Source: Paraspadella gotoi (taxonomy: Eukaryota > Animalia > Chaetognatha). From it: 64,000 nucleotides of DNA. The position numbers and the translations under genes were made by a program. The DNA is taken from the NCBI GenBank assembly GCA_051294375.1, contig CM119265.1:2703292-2767291 (forward strand), written 5' to 3'. Below, in pieces: positions 49,070-62,020 of this stretch (position 1 is the first letter of the stretch; every line of letters begins with the position of its first letter). A model generated the notes under the pieces. The model made no database searches and was not told where the DNA came from. It saw only the letters and a list, made by a program, of their open reading frames with translations.

Positions 49070-49563
49070 GTTGGTTCAGAGGAATTAGACAATTGAAAGG
49101 GTTACGAAATTGACCTTTTTAACGGGAAAACTTTAAGTTTAGTTTTCTCATTAATGTTTTGTGCGTAACTGGAAGAAACAATTTTTTAAGACATTGAACA
49201 AAAAGATTAGAAGTATGATGTTGGTCGCCGGAGCGTCGTGGGAATTCCCGGACAAGAGGCCATAACGAGGGATTGTCGACCAGGCCTGTCGCTGGGAGAG
49301 GGAAAAGCCAAAAGGCGCGCGTGATCTTTTGTTCGAGTCTGAGCTCCTTTTAAGAATAAGTTTAACCGATGCCAAAAAGCGAAGAAACGCCTTAATAACG
49401 ATTCTATATTGATCCGAATAATAAAACAAAATTAAACTCTTTTAAAGAGTGAACAACGTGTATTTAATTAAAGTGTATTGTATAAGAAATAATTACTGCT
49501 TTAAGCGAATAAGTAAAGTTTTTGAAGATTTATTGATACCAGCAAAGGGGAGATGGAGAGAAA

Positions 49564-49643
49564 AGAGATATAGGCCAGTGGTTTAGGAGCATTCGACTGC
49601 AGATTCTAGAAGAGTCCCCCGGTTCAACCCGGGGATGTCCCCT
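49564..49643 (+). tRNA. tRNA-Cys(GCA)-like, degenerate or error-containing
   Basis: tatag..cagtgg..gagcattcgactGCAgat..gtccccc ggttcaacc cggggatgtcccct followed by a T5 terminator. The anticodon is at 49599-49601, and there are several extra bases relative to a canonical cloverleaf. Confidence 0.7.
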
Positions 49644-50728
49644 AACTTTTTAGATGTAGCAGTTATACAGGATCGAAACAGATTGGATAAACTTTTAGAG
49701 ATTTTGATTTGATAAAGAAATTAATACAATACTTACTTTGGTTAATACCAGAAGTAAGGAATTTTGTTGGATTATTGGTTATATTCAGAAGGTAAATCCT
49801 TGAAACTTTTGTGACATGTGATCGAAACTGAATTTTCTTATCGAGTGCTATTGGTGATAGAAAAAATAAAAAGGTGGGAAATTTCAAAGCTGCACTTTTA
49901 TGCTTCAGACAAGAGGTAGATGGGTTTATTTCTGGAAATCTTTAGAAAATGTATAACAGACGTCGATCATATAGACTAAATAGTATACATGTGGCCTTAT
50001 TTTCAATGGAGGAGAGAGATGATCCAAAGAAAAGCCAAACATCGTGAGATATTCGACCTCGATTTGTAGAAGCATGAAATGACGGGGAAGGGAGCGGGGA
50101 AGGAATGAAGAATATTGCGACTGGTAATGAATTCTTGGGATCACGACGAATTATTACGTGGCATATATAAACTGGGACTTGGACTGAGAGAGAGAGATGC
50201 AGATGAAGAGAGGTGAGGAGAGAGAGCAGAGAGGAGGAGGAGATGACGAATAGTGTATGAGAAAGGATGAGAACGAAGAGAGTGTAGATGAATGATAGAG
50301 TAGCAGGTATGAGAGAGAGAGATACACATATCATTTAGATATGCCAAAGATGGGTCCATTTTATTCAGTTAAAATAACGCCTCATAAAAGACGTTGGATG
50401 CTTAAGAGGAGAAGAAAAAGAACCATTATGTTTTTGGAGGCAGAGAAGAGGACGACGACGACGACGACAAGGACGACGACGAACACAACAACAACGACGA
50501 CGACGAAAAGGCTCATAAACAAAAGACCAAGAGCCAAAAAGAAGAGAAATAGACGGATAATCGTCGGATTCGTGAGCTTGTTTCCTGCTTGCTTCCCCCG
50601 TTCAGCTTTCCTTGGCCGTTTGATTGTTCTCTTGCTCGCTGCTTTGGATTCAATGACCTACCTATTCATAATCTAAATTCGTTGCTCTTTTATTTATCTC
50701 TTTCCTTCCTCTTCCCTTCCATTGCTGG

Positions 50729-50806
<78 letters not shown>

Positions 50807-51578
50807 GAGATTGAAGTTACAGGTTTTTTTTACCGAGTTCAGCATTTTTGTTTTATCCTTGGGGAATGCCCTTGACTAATACAGTCGAAAGTTCTTGCTC
50901 TCTCACTATGGTTGATTGTATTATATGTAATATATACATTTATTTAGGTTATTCAAAAGCTTTCAATACATTGCACAAAGCTTGGGACAAACGAAAAACG
51001 ATCCTTTCGTGCTTCACTATCGCATTTCTTTAGCCTCATCTCATCTGAGTCAGCAGGCGAAGAGCCTAAGACACTTCGGCTCAACCGTACGTCCCTTCGT
51101 TCGAGCGGTATCTCGGTTTTCAAACCTGTTTGCGCAATGCGCATGCGCGTGAGTTGAAAAGAAGGTATATGCGAGTTCTCGCCAGGACTATAGCTCCGTG
51201 TATCAGTGCATCACTCGCGATTCCTGTAATTTCGCTACTTTTAACCTTAATTAAATGAAAAAAAAATAATGAATTGTTACTGTTTATATGGGTGGTTGTC
51301 TAAATTTCACACAATCCATATAAGAGCATGACCTGGAGCATCCGATACACGCACATTTCTCTCAATGAAGACTGGCATCGAATAGTTTTCAAATCACGGC
51401 ATTGAATGCCGTAGAACCACGGCATTGAATACCTCGCGGCGAAACCAAGGCTCATCGTGGAAGGAGAATAGGGAATAAAATTTAACGTCACTCGATGTCG
51501 AGACAAAATGAAGGGAAGCGAGCGGAGTTGTTGTTGTTGTTGTTTGTTGTTGTCTGACTGTTGTCTGTCTGTCTGTGA

Positions 51579-51617
<39 letters not shown>

Positions 51618-51729
51618 AGTTGATGGTCGATAATTTTATTTATGAATTAAGTGGTTGTGGTTATAGTTAACAATCTTGTTTCATATGACTCCGATGAATA
51701 TAACTGAAAGAGACGTTATGGTTTTCGAC

Positions 51730-51935
51730 CACAAATTGGTTGTACCAATTTTATATGTCAGTCACATATCAATTATGAAATTTGGGTCAACCGATATGAG
51801 TAGTTACAAGTTCACGAAATATGAAATATTATTTTTTCATGCAATAAATGAGCTATCTCGTCCAAAGTCAGAAGGATAGCTTATTTATTAAATGAATGGA
51901 TATTTTTTTATATTAATTGCACCAATTTTATAAGA
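51730..51935. repeat. Fragment of the dispersed repeat family seen at 4157-4702
   Basis: Shares gtccaaagtcag..gatagcttatt.attaaatgaatggata..ttttatatt and attggttgtaccaattt. Confidence 0.7.
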
Positions 51936-53349
51936 TTTTTTAAGTGTTGGTGGGACTCCAACACAACAAAATTCTTCTTTTGCTTCGACATATTTTCTGT
52001 CCTCTCGATTTTCTCCAAACGACTTTTCTGTTCCAATTTCGAATCTTCGCCCATTCGTCCCCAGATTCTCCCGCCCATCAGTCCGTTCGTCTGTAAAGAC
52101 GATCCCTTCATCCATGTATTCATCCGTCCGTCCCTTAAAACCATTAATCTTTTCCTTATTGCGGTAATTTAGTTATTCTTTTCACCATTTAACAGTCTGT
52201 AAAATCATTAATTCATTCAAATATTTACTTTTTTATTTATTTATCAATCAATCGATCCATCCATCCATCCATCCATCCATCCATCCATCCATCCATCCAT
52301 CCATCCATCCATCAGGATCTCTCAATGTCACTCCATTAGTCGCCGCGTACAGAGAGATCTCATAAAACGAGATTATTCTCCAGCGGAGGGTAGAGAATAG
52401 AGGATAGTGGAGGAGGATAGAGGTGGAGGATAGGGGTGGAGATAAATATTGTTACGGGGAGGTGAATTGGGGTGAAGAAGTGAGGTGAAAGGATCATGTG
52501 ATTGGCGGGTGAGTGATAGTGAACGGTCAGGTGGTAAACATTGGGCCGTGTCCTGAAGATGCTCAGCGATATAGTTTTATTGACTGACTCTTTCTATTAA
52601 TGAATTTACACATATTAACATTTTGTTCTGTTTTCTTGTTGTCTTTGTTATTGTCGTTAATTTTAGTTCTCCTCGTCGTCGTCGTCGTCGTCGTCGTCGN
52701 NNNNNNNNNNNNNNNNNNNNNNNNNNNNNNNNNNNNNNNNNNNNNNNNNNNNNNNNNNNNNNNNNNNNNNNNNNNNNNNNNNNNNNNNNNNNNNNNNNNN
52801 NNNNNNNNNNNNNNNNNNNNNNNNNNNNNNNNNNNNNNNNNNNNNNNNNNNNNNNNNNNNNNNNNNNNNNNNNNNNNNNNNNNNNNNNNNNNNNNNNNNN
52901 NNNNNNNNNNNNNNNNNNNNNNNNNNNNNNNNNNNNNNNNNNNNNNNNNNNNNNNNNNNNNNNNNNNNNNNNNNNNNNNNNNNNNNNNNNNNNNNNNNNN
53001 NNNNNNNNNNNNNNNNNNNNNNNNNNNNNNNNNNNNNNNNNNNNNNNNNNNNNNNNNNNNGGGGTCGCTCTGTACCAAAACGGTTTAGAGAGAAAGCGAA
53101 AAAGGATAACGTCTAAAGAAGTAAAGAGATTTTCTCTCACCGACGGGAATAAATCTTGGCAGAAAGATCACAGCTCACCGATCTACCAAGTTCACAATTC
53201 TGACCCAAGGAGAGGCGGAGGCTTTTCCAAGAAATGTGAAATCTCACTAAGAATCGCCTAATACTAATTTAATGTCTCTCTTCCTTAACAAACTTGATGT
53301 TTATAAAAAATTACAAAACAAAATTAGAAAACAGAATGCTGATCAAATA

Positions 53350-53430
<81 letters not shown>

Positions 53431-54426
53431 GCATCACGTGACCAAAAAGCCAAACCGCGTGCTGAATCACATCTCGTGATTTTTGGGCGGGATTTCTTGG
53501 TCGAACGATTTCTTGACAGATGGACGGAGCCACCGACCGACTGACAGACTGGTCAAGGGACAACCGGACCANNNNNNNNNNNNNNNNNNNNNNNNNNNNN
53601 NNNNNNNNNNNNNNNNNNNNNNNNNNNNNNNNNNNNNNNNNNNNNNNNNNNNNNNNNNNNNNNNNNNNNNNNNNNNNNNNNNNNNNNNNNNNNNNNNNNN
53701 NNNNNNNNNNNNNNNNNNNNNNNNNNNNNNNNNNNNNNNNNNNNNNNNNNNNNNNNNNNNCTTATATGTAATTCTAAGTTAGAACTTATTTTTTCATCTA
53801 TTTTTCCCATTTTTTTCTTGCTCCCAATTCCGACCAAAAAAACAGGTAAGTGAAATGATAATGTTTCTTAAGTCTTAAATTTATATAATTTTTATCAAAA
53901 CAAGTACGTTCCGAATGTAGTAGTAAATAAACATATCGTAAATAAAAAGCGTATAAACAAAAATTTTAATTTTATAACGCACATTTACGTACAAAGAGAA
54001 CTTTCCAAAATGTCGACCGCGTTAGTTAAAAATCCAGAAAATCTTGTTTTAAATTCAAAACTCCGTTTTCTGTCAAAAACAAAAAAACTTTCCTCTCTTC
54101 ATCGTCAAAAACAAAACCTTTGCGTTCACAAAACATGAAGACTGAAGACTGAAGACTGAAGACCCTTTGTGATTTTCACCGCAACTTCGTTTCTCGCTTC
54201 GCAGATTTTACAACAGAAAACAAAAATAATTTCGTAATAACAAAAAAGGAAGAAAACAAAATGACAATTTTAAATTTTTTTTTGTTGAGCCGCAAAACAT
54301 AATATGATTCGCGCCGAGAAACAAAAAGTCAAAATCAAAACTTGAATTAAATTTCAAAGCCATATTTCGATTGCAAAGTAAGTTTTAACCGCTGAAGGAA
54401 ATCTCAACTAGGGCAACTCAACTAAG

Positions 54427-54461
<35 letters not shown>

Positions 54462-56276
54462 NNNNNNNNNNNNNNNNNNNNNNNNNNNNNNNNNNNNNNN
54501 NNNNNNNNNNNNNNNNNNNNNNNNNNNNNNNNNNNNNNNNNNNNNNNNNNNNNNNNNNNNNNNNNNNNNNNNNNNNNNNNNNNNNNNNNNNNNNNNNNNN
54601 NNNNNNNNNNNNNNNNNNNNNNNNNNNNNNNNNNNNNNNNNNNNNNNNNNNNNNNNNNNNNNNNNNNNNNNNNNNNNNNNNNNNNNNNNNNNNNNNNNNN
54701 NNNNNNNNNNNNNNNNNNNNNNNNNNNNNNNNNNNNNNNNNNNNNNNNNNNNNNNNNNNNNNNNNNNNNNNNNNNNNNNNNNNNNNNNNNNNNNNNNNNN
54801 NNNNNNNNNNNNNNNNNNNNNNNNNNNNNNNNNNNNNNNNNNNNNNNNNNNNNNNNNNNNNNNNNNNNNNNNNNNNNNNNNNNNNNNNNNNNNNNNNNNN
54901 NNNNNNNNNNNNNNNNNNNNNNNNNNNNNNNNNNNNNNNNNNNNNNNNNNNNNNNNNNNNNNNNNNNNNNNNNNNNNNNNNNNNNNNNNNNNNNNNNNNN
55001 NNNNNNNNNNNNNNNNNNNNNNNNNNNNNNNNNCCCCAGACTAACAGACATAACGATAGACAGACAGTAGACAGACAGAAATACAAAATAGAATTTTCAC
55101 GAAGTATTAAAAGGACAAAACGCCAACGATTTAATGAGGTAATCATTCCCAGAGCTTGCTCCGCGAATTACTTTTGGCGCTTGCTTGGCAGCTTTCGCGC
55201 TCCGCCAACGAAATGGATTTTCGTTCGGGTGGCTGCTTTCCTTTCAGCCAATCAATGCGGCGCCGAGTCACTGTGCCATTATCGCACTGTGCAAATTATG
55301 CCGCTCTCTGGGAGAGGTATATATTAAACGGAAAAGGTTTTTCAACGTTTTATTCCACTGACGAAAAACATCGAATTGAGTATTAAGTCTGTCATTAAAT
55401 ACAAACGCAGATGCGCTTTGTACAAATCAAGTTTCTTTTTCGCGACATTTATATTTGAGTTTTTGTAATGTAATATATTTAGCGTCTGTATTTTCGTACT
55501 TCTTCAATTTTTCTTCATTTTTCTTCATTTTCCTTCATTTTTCTTCTTTTTTTAATTTTTTAAAATTCTTTTTTCAACTCTTTTTTAATTTTGATTTTTT
55601 TTAATTTCTTTTAATTTCCTTTTTCAACTCTTTCTTAATTTTCATCTTCCTTCTTTTTCCCTATTCTTCCCTTCTTTCCTTTTCATAGTTCCCCTCCTCC
55701 TCCTCCTCCTCCTCCTCCTCATCATCAAAAAACAAAAGGCAAAATTCTCCACGGAACTCGGCGTCGATATTCCGCCCAAAATTTCCCGTATTTTTCTTCG
55801 CATTTTCTTTCGTCTCTGAAGATAAGAAAAGATTAAATGATTAAACGAGCAAAATAAAAATGAGTCCAATCTAAAGATGGGCGGACCTATTTAACAAAAG
55901 CGACACATTTCAACTTAAATTTCTAATTAAGTATTTGTTCCGAAAAAATAAAAACGACGTTGAATGTTTTCACGATTCGTAATTAATTAGTTTATAACTA
56001 TCAGAACGTTTTTTTTTTTTTTAAACAACTGAACGTTTTTTTTAATGCAAGACAGTCAGACTATTAAAACAATACGTGTTAAGCCTTAAACAACTATATT
56101 ATCAATTCTGTAAAAAAAAATTATTAAAATGTACGGTCGCTAACCTGAAGCTTCGATGAACGAGTAAAATTGTGAGGAATATCACGTAACAATAAGGATA
56201 AATGTGAAGAAACGTTGCAGGGAGACTCCAACACAGAGCTTGATTGGGTTATGGGTCGTTGGGGTAGGAATAGATT

Positions 56277-56340
<64 letters not shown>

Positions 56341-57156
56341 CTCTCACCCAGAGCTATTTCCGCGGCGTAGTTGAGATGTCTCGCCAAACCCCAGAATCCG
56401 GAGACCAGAAGCAAAGACTCTCTTTTCGTTTTCGAACCTGAATATGTAACATGATAATTAGTGTTAAACCGTTACATTAAGTCATTTGAACAATGAATAT
56501 ATAAAACAAAAATTATGTCACCGATCTGACTTATTTTTTATCATCGGTGATTCTTAAAGAACATTTAAATCGGCTTCATTACATTATTTCCTTCTTTCTT
56601 ATAAATTCCTTCTCTCATTTTTCTCTATTTTATAACAATCCATTCATAAAGATATTGCATACGATAAATAGGAAAAACTCTCCAAAATTATCATTTGCAA
56701 TATTATTTCTACATACTTTACTTTAATATTCATTATTTACTTTACTTTACATTACAATATTTTATATTAAATTACCTAATTCCCCTATTAATGCAATTAA
56801 GTTATTATGCAAGCCCGACTTTTTCTTTTCATTTTGCGAGCACCGAGTTTAGCTTCCATGTGTTCGTTTGTTTGATTCATTCGAAGATCACGTTTTTCTT
56901 TACGTAAGGAAATAATTAACCAGAAAAACCTGAAATACTACTATAAGGTTTTGTATTTCGTACTGATTAATCAAATGAAAGTTAAGAGAAAGTCCATTGA
57001 CAACATGAGGTGCAGAACTAATTAATCAATTAAACTTGAACATTAAAAACGTACGTACATTGTGCAATGTTCGTTCAAATGCGTTATTAAAGTTGTAAGA
57101 AAACCTTGTGGGATTAGATATTAGCATTCTGTTAATGTGTCAAATGCTGGAACAAC

Positions 57157-57278
57157 AAAAACTTGAGGTTTTTCAAGGCCTTTAAGGCGGGTGACGGGCG
57201 ACGTCAGAGTAACCACAGGATTGAACTCGGTACCTAGTGGTCAAGAGCTGATGGCTGTACTCAATGAGCTACCGGGTC
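57157..57278 (-). ncRNA. tRNA-headed Pol III-like small RNA, copy 1 (~120 nt)
   Basis: GACCCGG-TAGCTCATTGAG (A-box-like), GAGTTCAATCC (B-box-like), upstream TATAA, a 3' hairpin cttga-aaaacc-tcaag and then T5; no acceptor stem. Confidence 0.55.
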
Positions 57279-58064
57279 GCGACAGAGAGTTAAATGCTTA
57301 TAGGCGGATGAACATATTGCAAATCCCGACTAAAAAAGCTTTCAATTAAGTCTCTCTAACCATTTCGTTTGAATAAACGAACCTGGCTTATATATCAATG
57401 AAGTGGTATACTAATATTTCAAACAATGTTTCAATCGCGCTTCTACTAGATAAGTGAGTAATTTTTTATTCACACTAGCATCAAAATAATAAGAGCTAAC
57501 TTTTAACAAAATTGTTTTCTGCACATGGGACGAGATAAAATTATATAAGTAAAAAAAGTTAAAATTGTTTTTTTCTATTTCAATACTGGCCAGAACCAAG
57601 TAACAATAAAAAACAACGATCGAATGAAATCAAAGTTACAAATTTTACAATCTTTGTATTTTATAATTTGTAATTTTTACACTTTAGGTATGTACATCGA
57701 GATGTAGTCTGTTTGATGAACCGAGGGATGTACGGACTTCGGGTATCATTTTTATATATTTTATATTTTTATATTTTTATATTCAAAAGCTTAATTCTAG
57801 AGCAAGAGCGATAGGAAACTTCTTGCGGTAGAAAACATCTGAACTTTTTTTTCTAGCCAGAATTCTAGCTTGGTTAGTTTCCTTTCTATACATTGTTTTA
57901 AGATGAAAAATATATTAAATTAGCACAAACAATATAAAAATTATCCATATCATTCAAGGAAAAACTTATTATAGATTATATAGATATTATAGATTATCCA
58001 CTTATCATACAATGGAATAATGTAACAAAATAATGTAAAAAAACAAAACAAAATGACATCTCAC

Positions 58065-58273
58065 TCATTTTTCTAACTTGAGAAGAAGAGCCTTCAGCTT
58101 TCTTATCCTTTTATCTATGTTGATCACTTCTGATTTCTGATTTACTCTCTTTTCTTTCCTCACGATCTTCATAGCTTTTCTTTTCTTCTCTTCTCTTTCT
58201 TCTATGTCAATTTCATTCTCTGCGTAGAAAGAAGCGTCCTCGGCAAAGAAGACTCTCATGTTGTTCATCAATC

Positions 58274-58319
<46 letters not shown>

Positions 58320-60164
58320 AAAAACAAAGTTAAAGATATAAGTATTATTTCTAAATTATTATTTAAAAAAAGCTGTGTTTCATTGGCAATCAGTCATAGT
58401 CTCAGATTTACATAGTCGCTCAAAAAAGAGCATACTTGTCCTCATCCAGTGTGAGAGGAGAGACGCCCTTTTCTCTCTCGTCAGCGTCGTCTTCCACGGC
58501 TTTCCACATTTGACGCTCGATCTCAGTTAAGTTGTCGAAATTCACCTGAGTACGAGTTCACAGAGTAAGTTTACACAGCGAGTTCACAGCGTGAAATAGT
58601 AGAGTCAGTTCACTAGATGAGGGAACGAAAATTCATTTAAAGTACCAAAATGGCACAAAATCAACATAAAGTATAAAAGTTACAAGATTATTTGTTTTAC
58701 CATATCTTCAAAGAAAGTTTTTTGAAATATCAGAAAATACAGTTATAATTTCATTAAAGCAATGATTTCTGTTGGAAAAAAAAAAACAATACTTTTTAAG
58801 ATTTATTAATTATCAATGCAACACAAAGTTGATAAACTTTGACTGATGTTTCCAATTAGATATAATACTTCATTCTTGTACATATTTATATTATATATAC
58901 CATGCAATCATCCACCATCTGCGGGACCCACTTATCCGCAACCACAATAACATTTCAAACTTGGCCGCAATACACTCTCCATTTTTTTTCCTCACCGTGA
59001 CGGGCGGATGTTCCAACTCCCACTCGCCCTTAAAACAAGTGGCCAACTTGATGAGGTTCACCATGAAAAAAACTCCCTCCATTTCATTTTGCTCTTCGGC
59101 GACGCAAAAATCGTGAACTTTTCTGAAGAGGGGAATCGCTGTTGCGGAGTCACACGCTTTGATTTGGCATTTCGCTACGTCGATCTGAGGGATTTAATTT
59201 AATGACAACGATAATAATGCTTTGAATATTGAAAATAATTCATTATTTATTATTAATTTTTATTGATTATTGATTTTGGATAATTTGAATCGCGCTCAAT
59301 ATAGTATCATTCACTTTAACAACTCTCGGATTTGCCGTTCTTAACTTTACTCATTCAGTGATATAACTCATTCATTTTAATTAAATTAAAAAACACAAAA
59401 AATGTTAAGTGGAACACTTTCGAACACTTTCGAACACTTTCGAACACTTTCGAACACTTTCGAACACTTTCGAACACTTTCGAACACTTTCGAACACTTT
59501 CGAACACTCTTGCACACTTCCGCCACACAAAGGGCATACCTTTGGGATGATCTCCATGTAAACATTCCTCAACATTCGGATGTTTTTCTTGTCACCCGGT
59601 TTCATGAACCCGTCGTGTTTTTTCATCTCGTTTTCATAGGATTGAGCGACACTCCCGACAGAATCGCTGTAGTCGACATGAGAAAAAAAAGGCGGTTTAG
59701 GGCCGTCCTCAGGCTACTCAGAGGGTAGGAATTATTGGGGATGGATTTCGGTACAATTGGGGATCGATCTCGGTACCTGATGGACATCAACTGTTGGCTT
59801 TACTCAATAAGCCACCGGGTTCCAAGCGAGAGTCAGGTTTATAGTTGGTATGCGCTTGGCGCAATGACTACAGATTGGACAGACGGACAAACGGATTCTT
59901 AGATCAAAATCAAATTAACTAAGAGGAAATATACCGACAGAAGACAGACTGAAACGCTAAATTTTGGCTGACATAAAAGTCTTACTAAAAGAGTGACAAA
60001 AGTAAATCCTACTTTTCATCGTCGCCGTCGTCGTCATCGTCGTCGCCATCATCGTCGTCGCCATCGACGGCTCTCGCTCCAAACCAATGACCGTCAACCC
60101 CAGAGTCGAGAAAGGATGCAACGAGCATCAATGACAACAGAAGAAGACAAACGCGTTGAGACAT
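58065..60164 (-). CDS. Orphan secreted protein, 5 exons, 261 aa
   Basis: Exons 60164-60013 (MSQRVCLLLLSLMLVASFLDSGVDG.. plus poly-D), 59666-59540, 59184-58996 (4 Cys), 58545-58436 and 58272-58065 (K/E-rich, ends LKALLLKLEK*). All introns are GT-AG, phases 2/0/0/2 are consistent, and the 786 nt contain no internal stop. Confidence 0.85.
59412..59518. repeat. 10-bp perfect tandem repeat (cgaacacttt)x~10 in intron 2 of the secreted-protein gene
   Basis: Visible array. Confidence 0.95.
59683..59821 (-). ncRNA. tRNA-headed Pol III-like small RNA, copy 2 (~140 nt), intronic
   Basis: AACCCGG-TGGCTTATTGAG (A box), GAGATCGATCC (B-box-like), upstream TATAAA and a T8 terminator; the first 61 nt match copy 1 at 48/61 without gaps. 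Confidence 0.55.
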
Positions 60165-60777
60165 CTGGTGGACGAAATTTAAAACTATGCGGGAGACTAC
60201 AAATGATAAATTCATGAAGGAAATTGGCGAAAAGTTTATCTCAAAAAAATAAAAATAAGGAACTTTCGATGATTTAAGAGATTAAATGTAATGTAATAGT
60301 GTAATGTAATCATTTCCCGAAAAACCTTACCTTTTTATAGTTAAAAAACGAAAATAAATTTTCGGAAGAAGACAAAAAATAAGTTGTGTCCCGGTTTTGA
60401 TATTTTTGTTTTAGCGAAACCGTTTTTCCTTTTTATCGGCGAAAACGAATTGACTTACGCAATCAAGAAAACAAGAAATCGTCTCTCGGCGAAAAAGATA
60501 ATTAAAAAAATCTTAAAAGCATAAGGATCAAGCCATGATNNNNNNNNNNNNNNNNNNNNNNNNNATGGATTAGTCATTCAATTGATGCGATGATAGTCAT
60601 TCATTGACGCGATGAATCATTCATCGGAAATATAAACAAACAATGCGTGTATGAGAGAGAGAGAGAGAGAGGGAGAGAGAGAGAGAGAGAGAGGCTGGAC
60701 AGTTTTCCCGCCAACGAAACGCATTATTTAGGTTCTCTCGCTTATATAAAGAATAATCAGAATTTTTAGGAAAGAAA

Positions 60778-60897
60778 CCACGAAAAATCTCGGATGTAAA
60801 TTTGGGATTTTGTATAGAGAAAAAAGCGCGGAATAAATGGCGATAATAAAAGTTTTTATGAAGAAAAAAAGAGAGAGTAGAGAGGAGAAGAGAGAGA

Positions 60898-60928
<31 letters not shown>

Positions 60929-62020
60929 AGGCTGGACAGTCGCTGGACCGCCGCTGGACCGCCGCTGGACCGCCCGCTGGACCGCCTCGCAGAGCTGAAC
61001 TCATTTTCCCGACGAATATGAGTAGGTGGACGAACTCTTTTCCTTTCTATAAAAAAATATTAACAAAATAAATATTTGTGGTATAGAGCCATATAAGAAT
61101 TTTTTTGTACATTGAAAGTAAACTTAAAAATGCATAAATTTTCCTTTGAGCATGTTCCCATAGCTAAATTTTGATTCACACCATTGAGAGGGGCTACCCC
61201 TATTCAGAAGAAAAAAAACTTGATAAAGCTAAACTCTTTTCAATAATAATGATCCAAAAATTATAATCCCTATTAACAAATATATAAGTTAAAAATACTC
61301 TGTTAACGACTATTGATATTTTTGACTCTCCAAATATTTTTTCTTTCCTCATTTAAAAAAAATATTTAATCTTGAATGAAATTTTTTAGGAAGAAAACTA
61401 GACAAGGTCAAATTTTATATTTGATAATTTAATTAATTTATAAAATAGTTATCAACAACTCAAGTAACTTATTATTTAAAAAAAGATAAAAATGATTAAA
61501 TATGATTACACTAAAATATTTATAATTTAATAATAGGTATAAATTATCAGAATAACAAAAAAGAATTTTAATTAGACTATATCTCTCTTATCAACTCCTA
61601 TTTTAGATATAATTTGGCCAATAGTGGGCAACCGGTTCACAAGTTACAATAATATAATAAATACAAATTTATTTTTTTAAATAAATGGCATATTGTTCGG
61701 CGAAAGTGCTGCACATATATAATAAGTCACATTAGCTGATTTACATGTGGCAATGCATGTCAATATAAGTTATTCTTCACTTTTTTTAAAATGTATCCAC
61801 GAAAATCTCGGATGTAAATTTGGGATTTTGTATTGAGAAAAAGCCCCGAATAAAAGTTTTTATAAAAAGAAAAACAATCATAATTTTTCAAAAAAAGAAC
61901 GATCACGCAAGAGATCGTAAAGAGAGAAAGAGACAGAAAAGAGAAAGAGAGAGAAAGAGAGACAAAGCTGGACAGCTGCTTGAAGGCCGCTGTACAGTCA
62001 GTGCAGAAACTGAACTCCTC
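60778..62020 (+). repeat. Pair of diverged direct repeats (~60778-61002 and ~61797-62020)
   Basis: Both carry ccacgaaaa(a)tctcggatgtaaatttgggattttgtat.gagaaaaa..gaataaa..aagtttttat..(GA)n..gctggacag..ctgaactc. Confidence 0.75.

Noticed and set aside
50400-52400. Several short exon-like segments on either strand
   Set aside because: They could not be linked into a phase-consistent model or matched to a family.
52563-55146. Long ORFs spanning N runs
   Set aside because: Their length comes from gap characters. The real fragment at 53061-53261 could be a terminal exon but is unidentifiable.
57205-57278. Functional tRNA-Lys(CTT)
   Set aside because: A CTCTTGA loop is present, but the acceptor and T stems do not pair, and the sister copy has a different loop.
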